A stretch of DNA of 64,000 nt from the NCBI GenBank assembly GCA_963749315.1, contig CAVVMS010000007.1, positions 18,153 to 82,152 of the forward strand. The letters are read 5' to 3'. The DNA is from an uncultured Acidimicrobiia bacterium. Lineage in GTDB: Bacteria; Actinomycetota; Acidimicrobiia; Acidimicrobiales; Ilumatobacteraceae. A program made the translations under genes and the position numbers. Below, one piece after another: positions 9,695 through 18,570 of the stretch (positions within the stretch are counted from its first letter, which is position 1; every line of letters begins with the position of its first letter). Below the pieces are notes generated by a model. The model did not search any database. It was given only the letters and a program-made list of their open reading frames with translations, and was not told the origin of the DNA.

Positions 9695-11010
9695 TCAGGC
9701 AACTTGCGCGACCGCGTCGACGTGTTCTCTCTGGTCCGCGATCCGCTGGTAGCGCACGAGCATCAACCAGCCGGCGACGATGCCAGCCGTCTCGGAGATG
9801 TAGGTACCGAGAACCGCGCCCCGCCAACCGAGCGGCGGGACGAGGGCGAGGTAGGCCACGATGGCGACGGCTGACGTCGCGAAGCCCATGAACATGCGTT
9901 CACGGTTGCGGCCGAGGCCGAGCAGACCCATCGGTGGCAGCTCGGCGAGCCCGTGGAGGAGCGGGAGCAGGCACAGCCATGCCGAGATCACGGCAACCTC
10001 GTCGAACTCGCTGCCGGCCACCCATTGGATGAGATCGCGGCCGACGAAGATGGCGACTGCCGGCGACGACGCCATAAACCCCGCCGGCACCGAGAGGCGC
10101 GCCGTACGCGTGAGCTGGGCGCCGGGCCGCTCGTCGCGGACCATGAACCACCGCGTCGCTGCCGCCATGACGGCCGAGAACGGGATCAGCGTCATCAAGA
10201 CAACCCGGTAGGCAGCGGCGTACTGTCCGACCTCGGCGCCGGTCGCGTGGTCGCCAGGACGAACTTCTCGCCCTCGTTCTGGACGGCAGTTCGTCGACAT
10301 CGACGTCGCATAGAGCGACGAGTAGCGCATGACGTCTCTGCCTGTTGGCTGTCGAACGTGCTCCGCCGCCGACGCGGGCGCTGCGGCGAACGACGCGAGC
10401 GGAGCGCACCAACAGCACGCCGACCGCCAGCATGTTGACCAGAACGACGGTGACGATGCTGATCGTGTCACCGACTGCGAGGGCGACGATGCCGGATGCT
10501 CTGAGCACGGGTTGGAGCATGCGGAGCTTCGTCGAGGGCACGACGCCGTCGACGGCGAACACGACCGCGAGGTTGAGGGTTGGCAGGCTCGCCAGCACGA
10601 ACTCGACACCCAGGACCAGGATCGCCGGGACGCAGGATCGACGAGCCGAGCAGGCGCGACGGCCACCGCCGTTCCACCGATGGCGACCGGCATCGCACTG
10701 ATGAGCATCTGGCGTCGGCCGAGCCGAGCGCACTTCCTTGCTGTCGTACCCGAGTTGGAGGATGAGCTGCACCATCGCCGCGGCTGGTGCGGCGAACACC
10801 CACAGCCCGGCGAGCCCGAAGATGAGATAGAGCACGGTGTACTGGCCGTAGGCCTCGACACCGAGGCCACGGGTGGTCAGCGGGAAGATCACCGCCAAGG
10901 CGACCACTGACACGATCTCCACCGACATCGTGGTCGCCACGTCGCGCCCACGCCTGCGCGATGCGCTCCGGAGTATCGGTGAATGCGCCGATCTCAGCGC
11001 GCCCGCGCAC
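9695..11010 (-). CDS. wzx: Wzx-like polysaccharide flippase (MOP superfamily); frame changes, start approximate
   Basis: Multi-TM pieces: ORF 10468..11010 (N-terminus), the middle of ORF 9900..11450 (MSVEIVSVVALAVIFPL...), and the C-terminal half of ORF 9695..10870 (...LLPLLHGLAELPPMGLLGLGRNRERMFMGF...). Confidence 0.65.
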
Positions 11011-12401
11011 CGGTGCTCCGTGACCGCCGCCGGTGGCGCCCCCGTGGTGGGCAGCTCACCGAAGAGGTTGCGGAGCACCGCGACGTTCGGTCCGATGTCG
11101 TGGCGCTCGCGCACCAAGCGCTGCGCGGCGCCGGCGACCTGGTTCTGAGGTCGTCGATCCTCGAGGAGCCGCCGGATCGCCGTCGCCATCTCGTCGCTGT
11201 TGCTCGCTGGGACGACCAGTGCGGTCTCGCCGTCGATCGCCAGCTCGGGGATGCCGCCGACGAACGTGGTCACGACAGGCACGCCGACCGCCATCGCCTC
11301 CATGATCGAGACCGGGATCCCCTCGGCGAACGACGGAAGGCAGAACACGTCGGCATCGGCGAGCTCGTCGGAGACCCGACTCGGCTCCAGCTCGCCGACG
11401 AACGTGACGCGGTCGTCGAGACCGAGGCGAGCAGCAGTCTGCTCGATCAATGCCCGCGCTCGGGCCGTCGCCGATGATCCGCAACTCGACGTCGAGCCCG
11501 CGATCGAGCAGCGTCCGAGCGGCGGCGAGCAGCACCAGGTGGCCCTTCTCCGGCGAGAGTCGGGCCACGGTCACGATGCGTGCTCGATGCCGAGGCCGTG
11601 GTGGCGGTCGAAACGGGAAGGCATCGACGTCGATGCCGCATCGAACGACGTGGAAGCGGTCCCATGCTCTCTGGATCGGTCACGCGACAGAGCTGGGCTC
11701 GGGTGAAGTCGCTGACGCACGACCACGAAGCTCGCCGAGCGGACTTTGAGGTCGAGCCGTGTCACCCGCTCGTCGGCGAAGTCCTGGAAGCCGTGGATCG
11801 TGAAGCTCCAGGTGCAGCGCTCACCGGAGGAGAAGCTGCCGACTGCGGCTGCGAACCAGGCGACGGTGGCCGGTGTCTGGCCGAAGTGGGCGTGGAAGTG
11901 TCGGACTCCACGGTCGGCGACGGCCCGCCACGACCAGCAGGCATAGGCGAGGTGCACCAACCGTCGCGCGGCGAGCGGCAGGTCGAGCCGTGCGGACGTG
12001 ATCGCGAGCCACGTCAGCGCCGCCATCTCCGCCGGGTGGCGCAGCCAGGTTCGCAGCAGCGAACTGGCGAGGCGGACCGCGCCCTGTGCCTTGAGATAGG
12101 TGGTGCGGCGCGCAGCGTGTCGTGCGTCGTCCGACTCGACATCGGCCGGATCCGGAAGGTTGACAGCGATCGGTGTCACCCGACCGCCCACCCGCTCGAG
12201 CTCTTGGATCTCGAGGGCGATGAACGTGAGCGCCGTGCGCGGGTGGTGCGTCATCACGTAGGCGACGTGGGGCGGGCGCGGGTGGTCGGACAGGGAGGTC
12301 GTCATGTCACGAAGCGGTGTGCCCACGCCTGCGGAGGCCGAATCCGCGCAGTTGGCGGTCGTGCGCGCGCCAATACCGACTTGATCCGTCCCGTCCGCCA
12401 T
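10994..12401 (-). CDS. GT4 (WcaL-like) glycosyltransferase; frame changes; alternative start 12305; 3' end approximate
   Basis: N-terminal domain in ORF 11571..12401 (VAYVMTHHPRTALTFIALEIQELERVGG). C-terminal domain in ORFs 11056..11574 and 9900..11450 (VARLSPEKGH..., FCLPSFAEGIPVSIMEAMAVGVPVV). Confidence 0.7.
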
Positions 12402-12466
12402 GTCTCGAGAGGCTACTGCCGGCGCATCGCTCTCGCTCAGTGTCCGGTGGTCAGCGCGGTGGGTGG

Positions 12467-13846
12467 TCAGCGCGGTGGTGGGTCGATGAGGCCGGGTCCG
12501 TTGTAGGCGATGGAGGGTTCGTTGATCAGGCGGGTGCCGTTGCCGAGCTCACCCCACACGCAGGTGCGCATGTCGCGGATGCATGCCTGTGTCCACGTCT
12601 TCTGGATCGTGTTGTCCCAGGCGCCGAACCAGTCGGCGTGGAACGTGGAGCCGTTGGGGTGGGTCATGCCCGGCATGCGGTCCGACGCCAGGTACCAGTT
12701 GTTGGTGTTGCCGTCGGACGGCGAAGGCGGCGATCACGGTGATCTCGGGGAGGTGGATCGGGTGGCTCGCCGGGCAGCCGCCCTGCCTGGTGACCCAGCC
12801 GTCACCGCCGGTGCCGTAGGCCATGTGGCTGCGGTGGTCGGCGGCGTCGACGGCCTGGCCGTTCCAGCACATCGGGAACCGCAACCCGACCGTCAAGGTC
12901 TGGCCGGCGCCGCAGTTGGGCAGCGTGGTCGATCCCGCCCCGCCGTTGCACGACCACAGGCCGCGCATCGGGGTGGCCGCCGGGTTGGCCATGTCGAACC
13001 CGGCGAGCATGCGCAACCCGTTGGGGTAGGTCTGGATGCCGCGGATCATGTCCTGGCTGCCGTTGCCCTTGTAGTACAGCTCGAAGTACTCCGGCACGAC
13101 GACCCGGCCGGCGGCGTTGTGCATGGCGGGGACCCAGTAGCCGGTGCGGTTCAGTGGCCCGCCCTGGCAGGTCGACGATCCCGACGAGCGCAGCGACTGA
13201 TAGGTGCTGTGGGCGTTGGCGCCGGTGTTGCCGAAGTACATGTGCAGGTGCGAGGCGCCTGGCTGGCCGGGATAGACGATCGGGTCGTCATAGGAGAGGT
13301 GGGAGAACCCGCAGAACGTGCGGAAGCTCCCCGACGGCTCCCACGCCATCGACGCCGGGATCCGCTCACCCGTCGCCAACCACGCAGCCGGATCGAACCC
13401 CGACGACACCGACGGATACGCACCCGGATCGACGTTGCCGACGCCCGGCGGCGGCGCCGGTGCGGGCGCGGGCTCTCCGTACTGGCACGTCGTCACGATC
13501 TCGCCACCCCAGCAGCCGTCGTTGCCCGACGCGCCGTGGATCTGGTCGGTCCCGGCGTGGGCGTAGACGAGGTCGTCGCCGGTGCCGGCACACACCGTGT
13601 CGTTGCCGGCGAGACCGATCACGACGTCGTTCCCGGAGCCGGCGGAGAACACGTCGTTGCCCTGTGTGCCGACGAGCCGGTCGTCACCATCGGTGCCCAC
13701 GATCGTTGCCGTCTGCCCGTTGCACGTCGGCGACGGCGCCGCCGTTGCCGGAGTGACCGAGACGGTCACCCCGGCGACGACGAGCGACGCGGCGATGAGG
13801 ACGAACGTGCGCGCGCCAACCCGAGTTGATCCGCCCCGTCCGCCAT
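12467..13846 (-). pseudogene. DUF1996-type secreted protein, copy 1 (7 RTX-like units plus DUF1996 domain). It has a chimeric out-of-frame start and a 1-nt insertion.
   Basis: ORFs 12549..13769 and 12467..12676. There is an extra A at about 12718 relative to copies 2 and 3. The ATG at 13846 is a copy of the GT4 ATG at 12401 and is out of frame with the DUF1996 frame. Confidence 0.6.
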
Positions 13847-13910
13847 GTCTCGAGAGGCTACTGCCGGCGCATCGCTCTCGCTCGTGTCCGGTGGTCAGCG
13901 CGGTGGGTGG

Positions 13911-15434
13911 TCAGCGCGGTGGTGGGTCGATGAGGCCGGGTCCGTTGTAGGTTTCGGTGGGTTCGTTGATCAGGCGGGTGCCGTTGCCGAGCTCACCCCA
14001 CACGCAGGTGCGCATGTCGCGGATGCATGCCTGTGTCCACGTCTCTTGGATCGTGTTGTCCCAGGCGCCGAACCAGTCGGCGTGGAACGTGGAGCCGTTG
14101 GGGTGGGTCATGCCCGGCATGCGGTCCGACGCCAGGTACCAGTTGTTGGTGTTGCCGTCGGCGGCGAAGGCGGCGATCACGGTGATCTCGGGGAGGTGGA
14201 TCGGGTGGCTCGCCGGGCAGCCGCCCTGCCTGGTGACCCAGCCGTCACCGCCGGTGCCGTAGGCCATGTGGCTGCGGTGGTCGGCGGCGTCGACGGCCTG
14301 GCCGTTCCAGCACATCGGGAACCGCAACCCGACCGTCAAGGTCTGGCCGGCGCCGCAGTTGGGCAGCGTGGTCGATCCCGCCCCGCCGTTGCACGACCAC
14401 AGGCCGCGCATCGGGGTGGCCGCCGGGTTGGCCATGTCGAACCCGGCGAGCATGCGCAACCCGTTGGGGTAGGTCTGGATGCCGCGGATCATGTCCTGGC
14501 TGCCGTTGCCCTTGTAGTACAGCTCGAAGTACTCCGGCACGACGACCCGGCCGGCGGCGTTGTGCATGGCGGGGACCCAGTAGCCGGTGCGGTTCAGTGG
14601 CCCGCCCTGGCAGGTCGACGATCCCGACGAGCGCAGCGACTGATAGGTGCTGTGGGCGTTGGCGCCGGTGTTGCCGAAGTACATGTGCAGGTGTGAGGCG
14701 CCTGGCTGGCCGGGATAGACGATCGGGTCGTCATAGGAGAGGTGGGAGAACCCGCAGAACGTGCGGAAGTTCCCCGACGGCTCCCACGCCATCGAGGCCG
14801 GGATCCGCTCACCCGTCGCCAACCACGCAGCCGGATCGAACCCCGACGGCACCGACGGAAACGCACCCGGAGGTGGGATGGTCGGTGTGGTCACGGGCGG
14901 GGTGGTGGGTGGTGTCGTCGGTGGTGTCGTCGGCGGTGTCGTCGGCGGTGTCGTCGGTGGTGTCGTCGGTGGTGTCGTCGGTGGTGTCGTCGGCGGCGGC
15001 GGTGCGGCCTCTCCGTACTGGCACGTCGTCACGATCTCGCCACCCCAGCAGCCGTCGTTGCCCGACTCGCCGTGGATCTGGTCGGTCCCGGCGTCGGCGT
15101 AGACGAGGTCGTCGCCGTTGCCCACCGCGACGAGGTCGTCGCCGGTGCCGGCGCACACCGTGTCGTTGCCGGCGAGACCGATCACGACGTCGTTCCCGGA
15201 GCCGGCCGAGAACACGTCGTTGCCCGGTGTGCCGACGAGACGGTCGTCACCATCGGTGCCCACGATCGTTGCCGTCTGCCCGTTGCACGTCGGCGACGGC
15301 GCGGCCGTTGCCGGCGCGATCGAGCCGGTCACCCCGGCGACGACGAGCGACGCGGCGATGAGGACGGACCAAGACGGCCGTGCCCTTCGGCGGCGCGGCT
15401 GATTCGGGGCGCGGCAATCAGGCGGTGTGAACAC
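13911..15434 (-). CDS. DUF1996-type secreted protein, copy 2 (signal peptide, 8 RTX-like Ca-binding units, (TTPP)n linker, DUF1996 domain)
   Basis: ORF 13911..15434, intact. Contains GTDGDDRLVGTPGNDVFSAGSGNDVVIGLAGND..., PPTTPPTT... and FCGFSHLSYDDPIVYPGQPGASHLHMYFGNTG. Confidence 0.8.
   Translation of the reverse strand: MFTPPDCRAPNQPRRRRARPSWSVLIAASLVVAGVTGSIAPATAAPSPTCNGQTATIVGTDGDDRLVGTPGNDVFSAGSGNDVVIGLAGNDTVCAGTGDDLVAVGNGDDLVYADAGTDQIHGESGNDGCWGGEIVTTCQYGEAAPPPPTTPPTTPPTTPPTTPPTTPPTTPPTTPPTTPPVTTPTIPPPGAFPSVPSGFDPAAWLATGERIPASMAWEPSGNFRTFCGFSHLSYDDPIVYPGQPGASHLHMYFGNTGANAHSTYQSLRSSGSSTCQGGPLNRTGYWVPAMHNAAGRVVVPEYFELYYKGNGSQDMIRGIQTYPNGLRMLAGFDMANPAATPMRGLWSCNGGAGSTTLPNCGAGQTLTVGLRFPMCWNGQAVDAADHRSHMAYGTGGDGWVTRQGGCPASHPIHLPEITVIAAFAADGNTNNWYLASDRMPGMTHPNGSTFHADWFGAWDNTIQETWTQACIRDMRTCVWGELGNGTRLINEPTETYNGPGLIDPPPR
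14908..14991. repeat. 12-nt tandem coding repeat, GG(T/C)GGTGTCGTC x7, encoding the (TTPP)n linker of copy 2
   Basis: Read directly from the sequence. There is a degenerate unit on each side. Confidence 0.9.
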
Positions 15435-15550
15435 GAGGGCTCGCTCTCTGTTGGGCGCCTGCGGCAGAGCGCTGCTCGTCCGCAGGCGAGGTACGTCCCG
15501 CTATCGGTGCCCGGTGGTGGTGGGTGGGCGGAGGTCAGCGCTGTGGGTGG

Positions 15551-16681
15551 TCAGCGCGGTGGTGGGTCGACGAGGCGGGGTCCCGTGTAGGTGGAGGGTT
15601 CGTTGATGAGGCGGGTGCCGTTGCCGAGCTCACCCCACACGCAGGTGCGCATGTCGCGGATGCATGCCTGTGTCCAGGTCTCTTGGATCGTGTTGTCCCA
15701 GGCGCCGAACCAGTCGGCGTGGAACGTGGAGCCGTTGGGGTGGGTCATGCCCGGCATGCGGTCCGACGCCAGGTACCAGTTGTTGGTGTTGCCGTCGGCG
15801 GCGAAGGCAGCGATCACGGTGATCTCGGGGAGGTGGATCGGGTGGCTCGCCGGGCAGCCGCCCTGCCTGGTGACCCAGCCGTCACCGCCGGTGCCGTAGG
15901 CCATGTGGCTGCGGTGGTCGGCGGCGTCGACGGCCTGGCCGTTCCAGCACATCGGGAACCGCAACCCGACCGTCAAGGTCTGGCCGGCGCCGCAGTTGGG
16001 CAGCGTGGTCGATCCCGCCCCGCCGTTGCACGACCACAGGCCGCGCATCGGGGTGGCCGCCGGGTTGGCCATGTCGAACCCGGCGAGCATGCGCAACCCG
16101 TTGGGGTAGGTCTGGATGCCGCGGATCATGTCCTGGCTGCCGTTGCCCTTGTAGTACAGCTCGAAGTACTCCGGCACGACGACCCGGCCGGCGGCGTTGT
16201 GCATGGCGGGGACCCAGTAGCCGGTGCGGTTCAGTGGCCCGCCCTGGCAGGTCGACGATCCCGACGAGCGCAGCGACTGATAGGTGCTGTGGGCGTTGGC
16301 GCCGGTGTTGCCGAAGTACATGTGCAGGTGCGAGGCGCCTGGCTGGCCGGGATAGACGATCGGGTCGTCATAGGAGAGGTGGGAGAACCCGCAGAACGTG
16401 CGGAAGCTCCCCGACGGCTCCCACGCCGTCGAGGCCGGGATCCGCTCACCCGTCGCCAACCACGCAGCCGGATCGAACCCCGACGACACCGACGGAAACG
16501 CACCCGGATCGACGTTGCCGACGCCCGGCGGCGCTGGTGCGGGTGCGGGTGCCGGCGCGCATCCCGATGACACGGGATCGCACACGCCGAAGGCGAGCAC
16601 TGCGACCAACCCGTAGGCGCCGAGTCGCGGTGACGACCAACGCCTGGGTCGCCGAGCCGTCCCAGTCTCTGGAGTTTCCAT
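15551..16681 (-). CDS. DUF1996-type secreted protein, copy 3 (Arg-rich signal peptide, (AP)n linker, no RTX module)
   Basis: ORF 15551..16681, intact. The N-terminus METPETGTARRPRRWSSPRLGAYGLVAVLAFGV is followed by the same DUF1996 domain as copies 1 and 2. Confidence 0.8.
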   Translation of the reverse strand: METPETGTARRPRRWSSPRLGAYGLVAVLAFGVCDPVSSGCAPAPAPAPAPPGVGNVDPGAFPSVSSGFDPAAWLATGERIPASTAWEPSGSFRTFCGFSHLSYDDPIVYPGQPGASHLHMYFGNTGANAHSTYQSLRSSGSSTCQGGPLNRTGYWVPAMHNAAGRVVVPEYFELYYKGNGSQDMIRGIQTYPNGLRMLAGFDMANPAATPMRGLWSCNGGAGSTTLPNCGAGQTLTVGLRFPMCWNGQAVDAADHRSHMAYGTGGDGWVTRQGGCPASHPIHLPEITVIAAFAADGNTNNWYLASDRMPGMTHPNGSTFHADWFGAWDNTIQETWTQACIRDMRTCVWGELGNGTRLINEPSTYTGPRLVDPPPR

Positions 16682-16852
16682 GTCATCCCTTCCCCTGTTG
16701 ACGGCCCGTTGTCATGGGACCGTAACACAAGCGGAAGGAAAGTGAAGCATCGGGTCGACGTGGGCGCTTCCCCAATTTTGCGGATGCCGCTGACGCGGAG
16801 AGCCCGGTACGATGCATCAGCCCATTCCGGGGCGGCGGCGGCGAGGAATGCG

Positions 16853-18433
16853 ATGGAGCTTGAATACGTAGCAAAGGCAGTACGCCGGTTCTGGCCGGTC
16901 GTGCTGCTGTCGTTTGTCCTCGGCATCATTGCCGGGCAGCTGCTCCAACCCAGCACTCCGCCGCGCTACGAGTCGGCGGCGCTGTTACTCGTCACTGCGG
17001 ACAGCGAACTCGGCAACACCGAAGGTGATCGCTACGTCGCCAGTCAATTGGTCGTGCTCGAGTCACCTCCGTTGGCGGCCCACGCTGAGGAGCTCGCCGG
17101 GGTGTCCCTGGCAGACGGCGGGGCAACCGTGGCGTTCAACCAGATCACGGGGACGGATGTCGTGCGGGTCATCGCCTCGTCCGACTCACCCGCCGACTCG
17201 CAATTGCTCGCCAACGCCTTCCTCGACGCCTATGTCGAACGTACCGGGGAGACTTCGGGCGCCGACAAGCGGCTCGACGCGACCGAGATCGAGGCCTCGC
17301 TGGGGGAGATCGAGGGTCAGCTCGGCGAGGTCGACGCGCGCATCGCCGAAGTGATGGCACCATTCCTCGAGTCCGCTGACGCGGCATCCGACGCCGCGAT
17401 CCCCGAGGTCGAGCAGGTCGCGCCGGCACTTGCCACCGAGCGAGAAGTCCTGATGGAGACCTACCGCGGCCTGCTCAGCCAGCGCACCAACCTCGAGTTC
17501 CAGCCGGTGGCGCCCAACAGCCAGATCGTCCAGCGCGCCGCACTCCCGACGAATCCGCTCGTCAAGTCGTCGCTGACGATGACCGTGGCGCTGCCGATCC
17601 TCGGCCTGCTCTTCGGGATCGGCGCGGCGACCGTGCTGGCGAGGTCATCGCGACGTGTGCTCGATGGTGCCGAAGTGGTGGACCGGCTCGACCTGCCGTT
17701 CGCCACGGCCCTGCCGGCCGAGAAGATGCTGCGCGCCCGTTCGCTCTTCCAGCTCCACGCCCTCCCGGACGAGTACGAGGCCGGGGTCAACGAGCTCTGC
17801 GTGCAGCTCGAGGCGAGGGGGAAGTTGGACACGCCGCTCACCGTCTTGGTGACCGGGTCACAGCGAGTGTCCGGCTCGACGACGTTGGCCGGGGCCATGG
17901 CCGCACGATTCGGGGCACTCGGGTCGAGCGTCGTCCTCGTCGATCTCGACTTCGACCAACCGGACCTCTCGAAGTGCTTCGGCGTGCGCGGCGACGGCAT
18001 CTCGGCGCTCATCAACGCCGAGCCGCAGGTCGGCGCGGCCTTCACGTCGACCCCGCTGGCGAACGTGACCGTGGTCGGCCGCGAGCCCGGCTTGACGCAG
18101 GTGCGACCGCAACGTTCCGAGTTCTTGTTCCTGCTCGATGCAGCGGCTGAGCGCGCCGACGTCGTCATCCTCGACGCCGGTCCGGTGCTGGCCGGTCCTT
18201 CGGCGGCGGTGCTCGCTCAACACACCGACGCCACCGTGCTCGCGGTCCCGGTGTGGAGCCAGGAGCGGGCCTCGCTCAAGGTGGTCGCCCGTCAGCTCGC
18301 CGCCATCAGGTCGCACCTGCTCCCGGTCGCCATGCCTCGTCTGCGCCGCTCGAGTCGTCTTCCGCAGCCCCCGGCGCCGGCCACGATCCCGTCGGTTGAC
18401 GAGATCGAGCTGATGACGCCGACTCGCGGCTGA
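16853..18433 (+). CDS. Wzz-type chain-length determinant fused to a degenerate BY-kinase-like P-loop domain
   Basis: ORF 16709..18433 from MELEYVAKAV (ATG 16853). Order: TM segment, coiled region, second TM segment, then VTGSQRVSGSTT (the Walker A position has Ser where Lys is expected), VLVDLDFDQP and VVILDAGPVL. The C-terminal tail has no Tyr. Confidence 0.75.
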   Translation: MELEYVAKAVRRFWPVVLLSFVLGIIAGQLLQPSTPPRYESAALLLVTADSELGNTEGDRYVASQLVVLESPPLAAHAEELAGVSLADGGATVAFNQITGTDVVRVIASSDSPADSQLLANAFLDAYVERTGETSGADKRLDATEIEASLGEIEGQLGEVDARIAEVMAPFLESADAASDAAIPEVEQVAPALATEREVLMETYRGLLSQRTNLEFQPVAPNSQIVQRAALPTNPLVKSSLTMTVALPILGLLFGIGAATVLARSSRRVLDGAEVVDRLDLPFATALPAEKMLRARSLFQLHALPDEYEAGVNELCVQLEARGKLDTPLTVLVTGSQRVSGSTTLAGAMAARFGALGSSVVLVDLDFDQPDLSKCFGVRGDGISALINAEPQVGAAFTSTPLANVTVVGREPGLTQVRPQRSEFLFLLDAAAERADVVILDAGPVLAGPSAAVLAQHTDATVLAVPVWSQERASLKVVARQLAAIRSHLLPVAMPRLRRSSRLPQPPAPATIPSVDEIELMTPTRG

Positions 18434-18465
18434 CGTCGCCCGAGCGGCGTTCAGGCCGCTGTAGG
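18432..18465. repeat. 34-nt hairpin-containing repeat, copy A (31/34 identical to 19521-19554)
   Basis: GACGTCGCCCG AGCGGC GTTCAG GCCGCT GTAGG. It overlaps the wzz-like stop codon. Confidence 0.85.
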
Positions 18466-18570
18466 TCCGATCGTACGGAACCACACGTCCTTGAAACATC
18501 GCCGATAACGCCACCGCTCGGCGTCCTTGATCGCCGGATGCGCACGCCGGCGGGCGGAGCGGACTGCAGG

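Larger units (their letters stand above)
12467..16508. repeat. Three tandem near-identical blocks of about 0.96 kb (12467-13428, 13911-14871, 15551-16508)
   Basis: Base-by-base comparison shows only a few SNPs, one 1-nt indel and one 3-nt indel across the blocks. Confidence 0.9.

Noticed and set aside
12467-16681. Diversity-generating retroelement (template/variable repeat) as an explanation for the near-identical DUF1996 blocks
   Set aside because: No reverse transcriptase or accessory gene is nearby. The few differences between copies are not adenine-specific. They are scattered, or concentrated at the extreme 3' end together with indels.
16698-16728. Sigma70-like promoter upstream of the wzz-like gene (TTGACG at 16698-16703, TAACAC at 16723-16728)
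   Set aside because: The 19-nt spacing and the weak -10 hexamer are not convincing in a high-GC organism without transcript data. It is not listed as a feature.
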